Below are positions 17,859-27,249 of a DNA stretch of 31,404 nt, piece by piece. The translations under genes were made by a program, and so were the position numbers. The stretch lies in contig JBHLSH010000046.1 of NCBI GenBank assembly GCA_048881705.1, positions 1 through 31,404 on the forward strand, read 5' to 3'. Under the pieces are notes generated by a model. The model did not search any database. It saw only the letters and a list, made by a program, of their open reading frames with translations, and was not told the origin of the DNA. Each line of letters opens with the position of its first letter. Position 1 is the stretch's first letter. The stretch is from Candidatus Heimdallarchaeota archaeon (GTDB lineage: Archaea; Asgardarchaeota; Heimdallarchaeia; Hodarchaeales; Hodarchaeaceae).

Positions 17859-17893
17859 TAATTTCAAGAACAATTAGCAGTGAGTGCGAACAA

Positions 17894-18823
17894 ATGTCTT
17901 ATCTTACAAGGAAAAAGTCTTCCAAAGTCCTTATCTTAGGTTTGGCGGAAAGCGGTAAATCGACCATAATTCGGGTTGTGACTGAAGGCAAAATTCCATC
18001 CAAAGATGAACCTTATCACGCGACCATAGATTATGAAAGAAAACAAAAGACTATTGCTGGTACAGAACTTACAATATTTGATTTAGGGGGCCAAACTGCG
18101 TTCCTGGATCGATTCACAGGTGAGCTTTCCGAATTTATCTTTAGCGGAGTTAAGGCTCTCGTATTCGTGGTTGACTCCATCAAAATTCCAGATATTTCCA
18201 GAGCTAAATATTATTTGGATTTATCTATAAAGAAACTTTCTGAATATAGTCCCTCTGCATCCGTCTTTCTTTTCCAACATAAATCAGATCTAGTCCCAAA
18301 GCATCTGAAAGGGGAAGTTCGGAAAACAATATCTGATTATCTTTCTGCAGGGATAAAACAATCAGTACGTTATTACGAAACTTCTGTTTTTTCAGACACA
18401 ATTTTTCGCGCAATGGGTGATGTTTACTCAGAGGCTTCGGGCGCCCGCAAAACGTTAAGACCATTATTAGAGACTTTTATTCATCACAACGATGCAGACA
18501 TGGCCCAGATATTTACCAAGGAAGGGGCACCCCTGACACGGGTAGAAAATGTATCTCGGTTTGATCACATATCCCTTTCGGAAGTAAAACAGTTTTTCGA
18601 TGCGGTAGCCCAGCGCCTATCTAATTCTGAAACCCAAAGTTCCAATTCCATCTTATTAGAAGCGGATCGCCATGTTTTCGTCATTCGATTTTTAGAGAAT
18701 TCCTTGGCCCTGTTTTTTGGATTTCCGAAAGAGAGATTGAAAGAGAAAAACGAGCCTATCGCATCCCTATACAATAAAGTATTGGCGTTTTCATCGCAGT
18801 TAAAGTCGATTACAGAGGGTTGA
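17894..18823 (+). CDS. Rag/Gtr-like GTPase with C-terminal roadblock/longin-like domain
   Basis: GLAESGKS (G1), ATIDYER, IFDLGGQ (G3), QHKSD (G4) and YETSVF (G5). C-terminal ADMAQIFTKEGAPL...HVFVIRF..ALFFGF. Confidence 0.9.
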   Translation: MSYLTRKKSSKVLILGLAESGKSTIIRVVTEGKIPSKDEPYHATIDYERKQKTIAGTELTIFDLGGQTAFLDRFTGELSEFIFSGVKALVFVVDSIKIPDISRAKYYLDLSIKKLSEYSPSASVFLFQHKSDLVPKHLKGEVRKTISDYLSAGIKQSVRYYETSVFSDTIFRAMGDVYSEASGARKTLRPLLETFIHHNDADMAQIFTKEGAPLTRVENVSRFDHISLSEVKQFFDAVAQRLSNSETQSSNSILLEADRHVFVIRFLENSLALFFGFPKERLKEKNEPIASLYNKVLAFSSQLKSITEG

Positions 18824-18885
18824 ATTGGACTAGATCTTCTTTATGTTCTCGTTAACTAGTCATTTTAAGTATGTCATAGGAAATT

Positions 18886-20103
18886 ATGACAGATTCTCTC
18901 TTTTGGAATAAGACTATGTTTAACAATTCAATGAATCATTGGATATTCTCACAAATCGATGGCCTGGTTTCTCAGTATTTTACCGTAACCTCAGTGAGTT
19001 ATAGAGCTCTAGGTCCGCAAAACCAGCCTTTTCCAGTCCAAGCTATACCCTCATACGAAGTCCTTCGCAGAAGTGACCTATCCGCAAACATGGAAGCTGT
19101 CAGCTCACAACTTCAGAAAATAGGCTACGTTCCCATCCTACGTTCTCATCCAACCGAGAAATCCCGTGGAGTTCTCTATATTTTTCCTCACTCTGATAGC
19201 CGGGTTACGAAGGGACAAAATTGGAGGACTCCTTTAATCCTGTTCGTTTTGACAATTTTATCAGTGTTTTTTGTGGGTCTAATGCTCTGGAACTTTCTCC
19301 GTCAGGTTAACCCCAATTCAGGGCCCATCGAAACTGGCTTATTCTACACGGTAGGATTAATCGGCATTGTGGGAATCCATGAACTAGGACATATGGTTGC
19401 ATCTCGTCTGCACGGAATTAAGGCTAGCTTCCCCTACTTTCTCCCTATCCCATTTGGCTACGGGACTTTCGGAGCTTTCATTACCCAAAAAACTCCGACA
19501 AAATCTCGTAATGATTTGTTTGATGTGGGTTTAGCGGGGCCACTTTTTGGTTTCGTACCCGCGCTAATCTTCTCAATATTAGGTTTGCTTCTATCAACTG
19601 TGGTTCCATTAACAGAGGTACCAATTCAGCTTCTGGAGGATCCACTAGCAGTTGATTTCAGGCTATTTAGCGATTCTCGCTTTCGAATTCTCTTATTTGA
19701 ATTATTGGCCTTTTTAATTCTTCCAGTTTCGCAAAACGGAGTAGAAATCTTTCTGAACCCCTTAGCGATTGCAGGATATATAGGTTTTCTTCTAACTGGC
19801 CTGAATCTTATCCCAATCGGGCAGTTGGATGGAGGCCATGTCGCACGAGCCCTTTTTGATGAACGTCACCATAAAACCTTGACATATATATCTGCAGGAT
19901 TTATGGTCATACTGGGATTCTGGTTTTTTGCTCTCCTTATTATCATGTTTTATTCACAAACGGGGCATGCTGGTCCACTTGATGATGTTTCTAAGGTTAG
20001 TTTAGGCCGCAAAGTTATAGCGATTCTATCGATAGGTTTAGCTATCCTTTGTCTACCTATTCCTTCAGAGCTTTTTCAGATAGTGTTCCCCTTCTTAGGT
20101 TAG
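18886..20103 (+). CDS. Site-2 protease (peptidase M50) intramembrane zinc metalloprotease
   Basis: IHELGH (HExxH), GTFGAFI, DVGLAGPLFG and NLIPIGQLDGGH, with multiple TM segments and a soluble N-terminal domain. Confidence 0.95.
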   Translation: MTDSLFWNKTMFNNSMNHWIFSQIDGLVSQYFTVTSVSYRALGPQNQPFPVQAIPSYEVLRRSDLSANMEAVSSQLQKIGYVPILRSHPTEKSRGVLYIFPHSDSRVTKGQNWRTPLILFVLTILSVFFVGLMLWNFLRQVNPNSGPIETGLFYTVGLIGIVGIHELGHMVASRLHGIKASFPYFLPIPFGYGTFGAFITQKTPTKSRNDLFDVGLAGPLFGFVPALIFSILGLLLSTVVPLTEVPIQLLEDPLAVDFRLFSDSRFRILLFELLAFLILPVSQNGVEIFLNPLAIAGYIGFLLTGLNLIPIGQLDGGHVARALFDERHHKTLTYISAGFMVILGFWFFALLIIMFYSQTGHAGPLDDVSKVSLGRKVIAILSIGLAILCLPIPSELFQIVFPFLG

Positions 20104-20145
20104 GAGGATTTTTCGCCTAGAGGCTACCTTACAGAGTATTCAGGT

Positions 20146-21939
20146 CTATTCAAGGGTGTAGTAGTACTCCCCTAATTCTTTTTGCCGTTTATCCATCTTA
20201 GAACCCTCCTTATTGATTCTCGCGCGCCCAGTCTCAGGATCTCGGCGAAATGTTATTCCCAAGTGTTTTAAGAATCGATTCATACCCACTCTTTTGGACA
20301 TCGGAGCAATCATTTCTCCATAAGACCCAGGTTTTCCCTCAAAAATCATGACACGATCAGCAGTAAAATCCGCCAGTTGAATATCGTGCTCTATTGTCAT
20401 TACTGAACAGGTAGGATCCCGTTTCGTTTGATTTCGAATCACAGAAGCGATTTTTGTTCTTTCTAATGCATCTAAAAATGCAGATGGTTCATCTAGGATA
20501 TATAACTTTGCATCTCGGGCAAGACATGCAGCAATAAATACCCGTTGCGTTTCTCCCCCTGATAACTCTCTCATTTTCCTTTCCATAAAGTGATTGATAC
20601 CCAATGGATCGAGCAGCTGCAATTTCCAGCTTTTAGTATTGAGAAACTTTCCCGTAACTTCCTGAAGAAATCTTTGTACGGTGACATCAAATTCCTTTGT
20701 GATCTGTTGCGGTTTATAGCTAATAGTTGCTGCCATCTCGATGTCATGATGCGGAATCTTACCGGCCAGCAAATTAGCAAACGTGGTTTTTCCTAATCCA
20801 TTCTCTCCGAGGATAACTAGTATCTCGCCCTGATAAATATTTCCGGGGGTAACATCCAACGAGAACCCGTTTAGCTTGATTTGTGCTTCGGGCCAATCTA
20901 GTTTCATCCGATCCTTCCAAAGTCGCTCTTTAACGGATCTTTTAAAGGTAATAACACGTCGACGAAAATGAATGTTTTCTTCCCGAAGCCACCCCGTTAA
21001 GAACGAATTCAGCCCTTTTTTTACAGATAATGCCCTGGAAATCACCCCATAGACATGCGGTGAGCCCCAACAAATATTTATATGGTCGGACCAGTAGTCC
21101 AAAACGGAGATATCGTGTTCAACAACAGCAATGGCTCTAGAGTCATTGAGTTTGGTCTTAAGAGCGCGAACTAGTTTTAGCCGTTGTTGGATATCGAGAT
21201 ATGTTGCAGGTTCATCCAGAAGATAGACATCCGCGGGTTGAAGCAGGGTTAAAGCAATCGCAATGCGTTGAAGCTCACCTCCACTTGCAACGGAGCTAGA
21301 TTTGTCAAGAATAGGGCGGAGTTGAAGCAAATCTATGATCTTTTTATCCTCAATGGGAAGATTACTCATTAAGGAACGGAGTGTTTCATTTTTATCTTTG
21401 AGGAAGGTTAAATCCTGTTTTTTGAACGCAACGGTCACTTCACCCGAATTTACCTTTTCCAGAAAACGCGACATTCCAGGGATTCGTAGGGTGGTGAGAA
21501 ATTCTTGATATGCATCTGAAGTGAATTTCCCCCCGTTGGGCTGCAATTTTCCAGCAAGTATGTCAAGGAGTGTTGACTTGCCTACACCATTCTCCCCTAT
21601 GATTCCAATTATGTTGTTAAGATTTAGAGCGGGCAATCCGAAAAGACGAAATTGAGATTCGCGGTATTGGTGTGTAGGTACCCATGTATCCATTTCACCC
21701 GGAATGTTCACCGATTTAATCGCTCTAACATAGCAGGCATTGACGCAAATTCCGCAATTAATACAGGTCTTCGGATCTATTGTAGGAATGGCTGACTTTT
21801 TTCGTAATTTGATGGCTCTAGGAACAATAATAGGTTTACTTTTCTTTCCAGTCATGTTTACGGGGCATAAATTGATGCAACGGTAATTACAGGGCCCTGG
21901 TGCACATATGTCCCGAAAAACGACCGTAACTTGCTCCAT
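20146..21939 (-). CDS. rli: ABCE1/RLI ribosome recycling ATPase
   Basis: N-terminal Fe-S Cys motifs (CAPGPCNYRCINLCPVN, CINCGICVNAC). Two NBDs (GENGVGKST/SGGELQ/LLDEP/EHD and GENGLGKTT/LSGGETQ/LDEP/EHD). Conserved C-terminus TFRRDPETGRARINK...GEYYY. Confidence 0.95.
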   Translation of the reverse strand: MEQVTVVFRDICAPGPCNYRCINLCPVNMTGKKSKPIIVPRAIKLRKKSAIPTIDPKTCINCGICVNACYVRAIKSVNIPGEMDTWVPTHQYRESQFRLFGLPALNLNNIIGIIGENGVGKSTLLDILAGKLQPNGGKFTSDAYQEFLTTLRIPGMSRFLEKVNSGEVTVAFKKQDLTFLKDKNETLRSLMSNLPIEDKKIIDLLQLRPILDKSSSVASGGELQRIAIALTLLQPADVYLLDEPATYLDIQQRLKLVRALKTKLNDSRAIAVVEHDISVLDYWSDHINICWGSPHVYGVISRALSVKKGLNSFLTGWLREENIHFRRRVITFKRSVKERLWKDRMKLDWPEAQIKLNGFSLDVTPGNIYQGEILVILGENGLGKTTFANLLAGKIPHHDIEMAATISYKPQQITKEFDVTVQRFLQEVTGKFLNTKSWKLQLLDPLGINHFMERKMRELSGGETQRVFIAACLARDAKLYILDEPSAFLDALERTKIASVIRNQTKRDPTCSVMTIEHDIQLADFTADRVMIFEGKPGSYGEMIAPMSKRVGMNRFLKHLGITFRRDPETGRARINKEGSKMDKRQKELGEYYYTLE

Positions 21940-22161
21940 TGCCGATAACCTTTATTAACGGAAGAAAAATCCAAATTTTGTTTCAAATTTTCTACAAGAA
22001 AGTGATTATATTTATGAACGTACTGAGGTTCGAAGAAAAAACCAATCTTATGAATTTAGAGTCTTATACACAGGTGCAAATGGAAATTATAAGAAAGCTA
22101 TTGAAAACTCCTCGAAATCATATAGATAAAACTTTAGTCTGCTTCGGAGAACAGAAATCGC

Positions 22162-22674
22162 TTGGAACCTATCTCACATCTCGAATGGACATTGGGAATC
22201 AGTCTGATTGTTCTCGGAACTTTGGGGGAACCTCTAGGTGGATTGGAGCTTTTGATCTTAGGTGTTGGATCTGTTTTTCCTGATTTGTTTGATTTATTGC
22301 TATCTTCGGGAAATCGTTTTTCAAAGGTTCATCGAGAGTTTTCCCACACCGTTTATTTTGTTTCAGGATTGTTGCTTATCTCCATTCCCTTTCGTCTTCC
22401 TCGTTTTTTATTGCTGGGCTCTATTCTTCATATCTTGGAAGACATCCTGGCTGGTAGAACTCCCGTTTACCTTTTCTCACCCATAACTCATAGAGGAGGA
22501 ATATGCGTTGTAAGTAAGGAACAATCTATCAAGATTGGCGGATGGGTCAGAGATATCCTGAAAGGTGCCTATATCGGATCTGAGAATATAGGGGATGAAC
22601 TTTCTTGGTTCTGGCTTCAAACAATAATTGGTACCTGGATCCTCATTCTGGGGATCTTGGTCTACTTCGGGTGA
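22162..22674 (+). CDS. Membrane-bound metal-dependent hydrolase (YdjM-like)
   Basis: SH...GSVFPDLFD...HREFSH...HILED motif set in a hydrophobic protein. TTG start. Confidence 0.8.
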   Translation: MEPISHLEWTLGISLIVLGTLGEPLGGLELLILGVGSVFPDLFDLLLSSGNRFSKVHREFSHTVYFVSGLLLISIPFRLPRFLLLGSILHILEDILAGRTPVYLFSPITHRGGICVVSKEQSIKIGGWVRDILKGAYIGSENIGDELSWFWLQTIIGTWILILGILVYFG

Positions 22675-22677
22675 GCC

Positions 22678-23208
22678 ATGCTGGAGGCATTGAAACATAC
22701 GGAATGGACCTTTGGCTTGTTCTTCTTTTGGTTTGCATTCCTTAATGTTCCAAGTGTGACGTTTGAACAGATCGTCATAATATTGATTGGAAGCCAATTG
22801 CCGGACTATCTAGAAATTCTGTTGGTTAACCTCAAAATTCCGCGTCCCGTCGCTCGCAAAGCGACGCATGATTATCTTTTCATCCTCGGATTATGGATTC
22901 TTTTTCCTTACTCCGCTTTTCCTGAGATCAACTTGTTGGTGAATGCTCTGGCAACACATTATCTCATAGATTTGTTCTCGGGATTAGAACCCATCTATTT
23001 AGCAGGATTTATCTTTGGGGAGAGGACTGCAGCAATTTATGTAACCGCTGCGCATCGAGTATCTATTGGCAGGCGTATTGAGGTCTGGGGATCGAACTAT
23101 CTTATCACGGATGTGGAGAGGCCCACGCCAGAGCTAGCATGGTTTTGGATTATGCAATTATCAGGGACCATCTTTTGTGGACTTGGTATCGTGGCCTTTC
23201 TTCTTTAA
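22678..23208 (+). CDS. Tandem paralog of YdjM-like membrane hydrolase with altered motifs
   Basis: KH...GSQLPDYLE...ARKATH...HYLID. Shares C-terminal ELxWFW with the upstream gene and lies 3 bp after it. Confidence 0.75.
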   Translation: MLEALKHTEWTFGLFFFWFAFLNVPSVTFEQIVIILIGSQLPDYLEILLVNLKIPRPVARKATHDYLFILGLWILFPYSAFPEINLLVNALATHYLIDLFSGLEPIYLAGFIFGERTAAIYVTAAHRVSIGRRIEVWGSNYLITDVERPTPELAWFWIMQLSGTIFCGLGIVAFLL

Positions 23209-23507
23209 TCATGGTTTTTGAAAATAAGTGATCACACATCTTAGGTTTCGCATCACTATTCCCGCTTTGTACCAATACTACCTTTATGTCAAGTTTGAAA
23301 TCAAATATAACCAGAAAGTGATGGTCTTGTACTTAAATGCTACCATTTATGAGTGGCTAACGATTGGTGGATTACCATTGGCTTCCCAAGGAACTTTTGA
23401 TGCACAGAAATTAAGTTTTATAAGGAATTGAGTGTATTTATTTTCTGATAATATATGAAATGAGTAGGTTTTTTCCTATGTGAACTATCGGTTCGAAGTC
23501 GAAAAAT

Positions 23508-26375
23508 ATGACACAACCACTGTTCAAAAGGTTACTTGACCATCTTATCTTGGTATATGAGCTAGTTCTAAGTAATAAGCGGCTCTTTCTTCCAACCATG
23601 GTTGGTTTAATCATTGCCCTCACTATCGTCTCAAATTCTAGCGTTCTAATCGAATCCTATTCTTCAGAGATTTTTGAAGAAATGCTCGATCGCGATAATT
23701 CTGAGGGAGATATTCGTATTGAAGGTAGACCAGGTTATAGGGGATCATCTCTATCGTTAGTAGAGCCACTAACAAATTACGATTCCTATAATGCTCATAT
23801 AGAAATGGCAATCGGGTTAGCCGGATATTCCGATTATGTGATAGAAACCCGTTGGTATACCCGTTTAGAACATCGTGTGATTTCATATAATTCAGGCAAA
23901 GAATCATTCAGGTATTCCGAGATCTTAGTCTCGTCTGAAACCGATTTTTACTTGGAAACAGCTAAAATTTTGAATTTCACTGAAAAGGGTCGGCTACCCA
24001 GCTCTTCAGACGAAATCGTGCTAATAAAACCAATGATTGAAGATCCTTACCAAGGTGGGTTTTGGAAGAATTACACTTTATCCAGAGAGGTAATGATCTC
24101 GATAGGATACGGGGAAGCAATATTTAACAAAACAGTTACAATAGTCGGGATTTTGGAGTATGATATTTCACAGCAAGCTGAAACAACAACGAACCTATTA
24201 ACCAAGTACTTTGGAGATCTGTGGGGAGACTATCGTTTCCTTTCAACAATCCCCTTGTTTACTGACATAATGACAGAGTATGAGGCAAGGACTGATGTAA
24301 ATGACTATTACAGCACGGTCGTGGGTGAACTCGATTTAGACCATACTGTACTTAATCCTTATGACGTCACAGGGGAATTAAACAAATTAAAACGCTTTTT
24401 AAACCAATTAGATAGATCATTTGGAGAAGTTTTCTTTGAAAACTTTGTATATTCCGAGCTCCTGTGGAACCTCCAAAGTCTCCAAGGTACAATTTTGATG
24501 CTAATTGTCGTACTTATCCTTGTCAGCCTCCCTGTAATTGCGATCGCATTGTACCTGGTAATTTATTCGTTTGGTTTGGTTCGAAGGCAATACCAACATC
24601 AAATCGGAATCATAAAAACACGTGGCGGAACTTCTCTCCAGATATTCTATCTTCTTTTGGCTGAGATCGTTATATCAACAGCTATCGCAACTGGATTTGG
24701 ATTCATCGCAAGCCTGGGTTTAGCCAACCTGGTTCTGCGGTCTTCCGACTTCCTGCAATTTGAAGGAAATCCAGTCCCAGTGAGAGCCACAATTTCGATA
24801 GTCCAAAACCTAATCTACTGGGGGATTCTGTTTGCTGCGCTTCTCAACCTCGCAAGAATAATCAGGTTAAGTAGACAAGATATTATCGAAACTCAAATTC
24901 CAATGGAAAAACGTGATCCTTTATGGAAACGGCGTTATTTAGACGTAAGCATGTTTTTGATAGGAACTGGGACATGGATATTGATTATGTCTGTGATACA
25001 GGCATCGATTTCGGGTGAAGAGATCGGCCCCCTGTTTATTGCCATATCACCGCTGCTAGCCCTCCTGATGATTCCGGCTCCTTTCTTTATGTTCTTTGGT
25101 ACTATCATGGTTATCGCTCGGGTTTTTCCTCCTTTGATGGGTAAGATTTCGGATATTATTTGGCGCATGAACGGTGGAATAATTGCCTTCTCAATACGGA
25201 ATATCGTCCGACACAAGCAAGCAGCAAACAGGGCCGTATTACTTGTGACCCTAGCTCTATCTTTTTCGATCCTATCGTCCTCTCTAATTTTTTCCATGGA
25301 TGAATCAGCCAAATTACGCTTTTATTATAATGAGGGGGCAGATATAACAATGTCCTATCAAAATACGTACAACCGATCACTTTCATTGGCAGTTCAGAAA
25401 AATGTATCCCATATAACAGGTTTTTCTACAGTTTTAAAAGCAGGTTACCAAAGATTTGGGAGTCTATACGAACGGTATGAGTTCGTATTTGTCGACCCTC
25501 ATACCTATGCTAAGGCGGCGTTTATCCACCCTAGTTTTCGTTTCAGCAGCCCTCTAAACGTTTTTATGGATGAATTGGCTGATAACCGAACAATTCTGCT
25601 GCATGAAAGAAACTTGGATTCCGCAGGAACATCGATCGGTGAAGATTTTCCGATTCGGTTCACAAATTCATCAACTACGGAAATTATATCCCTCAAAGTT
25701 GGAGGAACGTTTGAATACTGGCCTTCTCTCTATCCACAACCCTGGAACGACCCCTCGGAACATTATTGGATTATTGGAAGTGTCGGATTATTCAACAGCC
25801 TGAATGATTCGAATTACCTCTCCAACATTGACGTAAAAGATCTGGCAAAGATTGATTCAGACACAAACCTAGAATCGACAATACGGCAAATCACGAATAT
25901 AACCAAGATAACACCAACTGCTCCTGGACTGCTGTTCAAGGATTATAAGTCCAATTTTGGAAGGAAGTTTTCTATATCTGTCCTTAACACTGATCTCATT
26001 GTATGTATGGTAGTTGCAGCTGTTGGAATTGTCATGTTTGCCTTCTTTACCTACATAGAACGTGGAAAGGAAGTTGGTGTTGAACGGGCCCTTGGCATGA
26101 CCCAAATTCAAACTGCACAGTCATTTCTGGTTGAAGCAATTATGATTCTCGCCTTTGGCGCAACAATCGGTACCATTTCTGGAATGTATTTTGTCTCCAT
26201 GTTTCTTATTGTAACTCAGCTCGGTCAAACTATCCCGCCATCGGTTGTTGCATATCCAATCCCAGTGATTCTGGGAATCCTTATCGGAATTTTGATAGCT
26301 GCAGGTATCGGAACTGTTATCCCTGCTTATTTATCAACAAAAAAGGACATATCCCGAGTTCTAAAGGTTGATTAG
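23508..26375 (+). CDS. ABC transporter permease, MacB/FtsX family (duplicated architecture)
   Basis: Two large extracytoplasmic domains and two FtsX-like modules (RRQYQHQIGIIKTRGG and ERGKEVGVERALGM). Typical C-terminus IPAYLSTKKDISRVLK. Confidence 0.9.
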   Translation: MTQPLFKRLLDHLILVYELVLSNKRLFLPTMVGLIIALTIVSNSSVLIESYSSEIFEEMLDRDNSEGDIRIEGRPGYRGSSLSLVEPLTNYDSYNAHIEMAIGLAGYSDYVIETRWYTRLEHRVISYNSGKESFRYSEILVSSETDFYLETAKILNFTEKGRLPSSSDEIVLIKPMIEDPYQGGFWKNYTLSREVMISIGYGEAIFNKTVTIVGILEYDISQQAETTTNLLTKYFGDLWGDYRFLSTIPLFTDIMTEYEARTDVNDYYSTVVGELDLDHTVLNPYDVTGELNKLKRFLNQLDRSFGEVFFENFVYSELLWNLQSLQGTILMLIVVLILVSLPVIAIALYLVIYSFGLVRRQYQHQIGIIKTRGGTSLQIFYLLLAEIVISTAIATGFGFIASLGLANLVLRSSDFLQFEGNPVPVRATISIVQNLIYWGILFAALLNLARIIRLSRQDIIETQIPMEKRDPLWKRRYLDVSMFLIGTGTWILIMSVIQASISGEEIGPLFIAISPLLALLMIPAPFFMFFGTIMVIARVFPPLMGKISDIIWRMNGGIIAFSIRNIVRHKQAANRAVLLVTLALSFSILSSSLIFSMDESAKLRFYYNEGADITMSYQNTYNRSLSLAVQKNVSHITGFSTVLKAGYQRFGSLYERYEFVFVDPHTYAKAAFIHPSFRFSSPLNVFMDELADNRTILLHERNLDSAGTSIGEDFPIRFTNSSTTEIISLKVGGTFEYWPSLYPQPWNDPSEHYWIIGSVGLFNSLNDSNYLSNIDVKDLAKIDSDTNLESTIRQITNITKITPTAPGLLFKDYKSNFGRKFSISVLNTDLIVCMVVAAVGIVMFAFFTYIERGKEVGVERALGMTQIQTAQSFLVEAIMILAFGATIGTISGMYFVSMFLIVTQLGQTIPPSVVAYPIPVILGILIGILIAAGIGTVIPAYLSTKKDISRVLKVD

Positions 26376-27249
26376 TGTGACTTTCCTAGAATGTAAAGAT
26401 TTAATCAAACTTTATTCGGATGAGACGAATAAGATCCAGGTTCCAGCGTTACGGGGAGTTGAACTTAGCGTAAATGAGGGAGATTTAGTCTCAATTATCG
26501 GTCCGTCAGGATCAGGGAAATCAACCCTTTTGAATCTCATCGGAGGAGTTGACAAGCCCTCTTCTGGTGAGGTAATTCTTAATGGTAGAGCAATTAACAA
26601 AATGAAGAAGAAAGAATTGACTCTGTATCGAAGACAGGAAGTAGGGTTTCTTTATCAATTACCTGAGCGGAATCTTGTTTGGAATTTGACGGCACTACGC
26701 AACGTGATGTTGCCAATGAAGATTGGAGGAAAATATGCACACCAAGATCAATTAAAACGAGCCAAAAAACTTTTGGAAGCAGTTGGGCTTGAAAAAAGAA
26801 TGGATAATAGACCATCTCAGCTATCAGGAGGTGAGGCTCAAAGAGCTGGAGTCGCGGTGGCATTAGCCAATGATCCCAGTATTCTACTAGCTGATGAACC
26901 AACGGGTGAGTTAGATAGCGTTACAACTTTCAAGATCATTGATTATTTTAAAAAATTGAATTTGGAGCTTGATAAAACGATTCTTGTCGTCACTCACGAT
27001 AATCGTTTTGCGAATATGACTAGTAAGGCAATGCGGATTCTCGATGGACGAATTGTGGGATTGCACCGTGCCATAGATCCATCATCCTCGTTTAATCAGC
27101 GTGAAGAAGTAATCTATGTGGATAATCATGGCAATCTCAGACTTCCATTCCCGATTCTCCAAAAAACGGGAATTAAAAACCATGTCAAAGTAGAAATCAA
27201 AGACGGATTTGCGACAATCATCCCTGTCAGAGGTGATTTATCTGATTAG
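26368..27249 (+). CDS. ABC transporter ATP-binding protein (LolD/MacB-type) with C-terminal AbrB-like domain
   Basis: [28 protein letters not shown] and VTHD. C-terminal VDNHGNLRLPFPILQKTGIKNHVKVEIKDG. The start may be the GTG at 26377. Confidence 0.92.
   Translation: MISVTFLECKDLIKLYSDETNKIQVPALRGVELSVNEGDLVSIIGPSGSGKSTLLNLIGGVDKPSSGEVILNGRAINKMKKKELTLYRRQEVGFLYQLPERNLVWNLTALRNVMLPMKIGGKYAHQDQLKRAKKLLEAVGLEKRMDNRPSQLSGGEAQRAGVAVALANDPSILLADEPTGELDSVTTFKIIDYFKKLNLELDKTILVVTHDNRFANMTSKAMRILDGRIVGLHRAIDPSSSFNQREEVIYVDNHGNLRLPFPILQKTGIKNHVKVEIKDGFATIIPVRGDLSD

Noticed and set aside
21939-22797. ORFs 21939(+), 22262(+) and 22477(-)
   Set aside because: They span the AT-rich divergent promoter region or overlap the YdjM-like genes out of frame.
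23490-23500. GGTTCGAAGTC resembling a tRNA T-loop
   Set aside because: No acceptor, D or anticodon stems can be formed around it, and it lies 8 nt before a start codon.
23228-23623. ORFs 23228(+) and 23438(-) in the gap before the permease
   Set aside because: AT-rich intergenic sequence with no motif.
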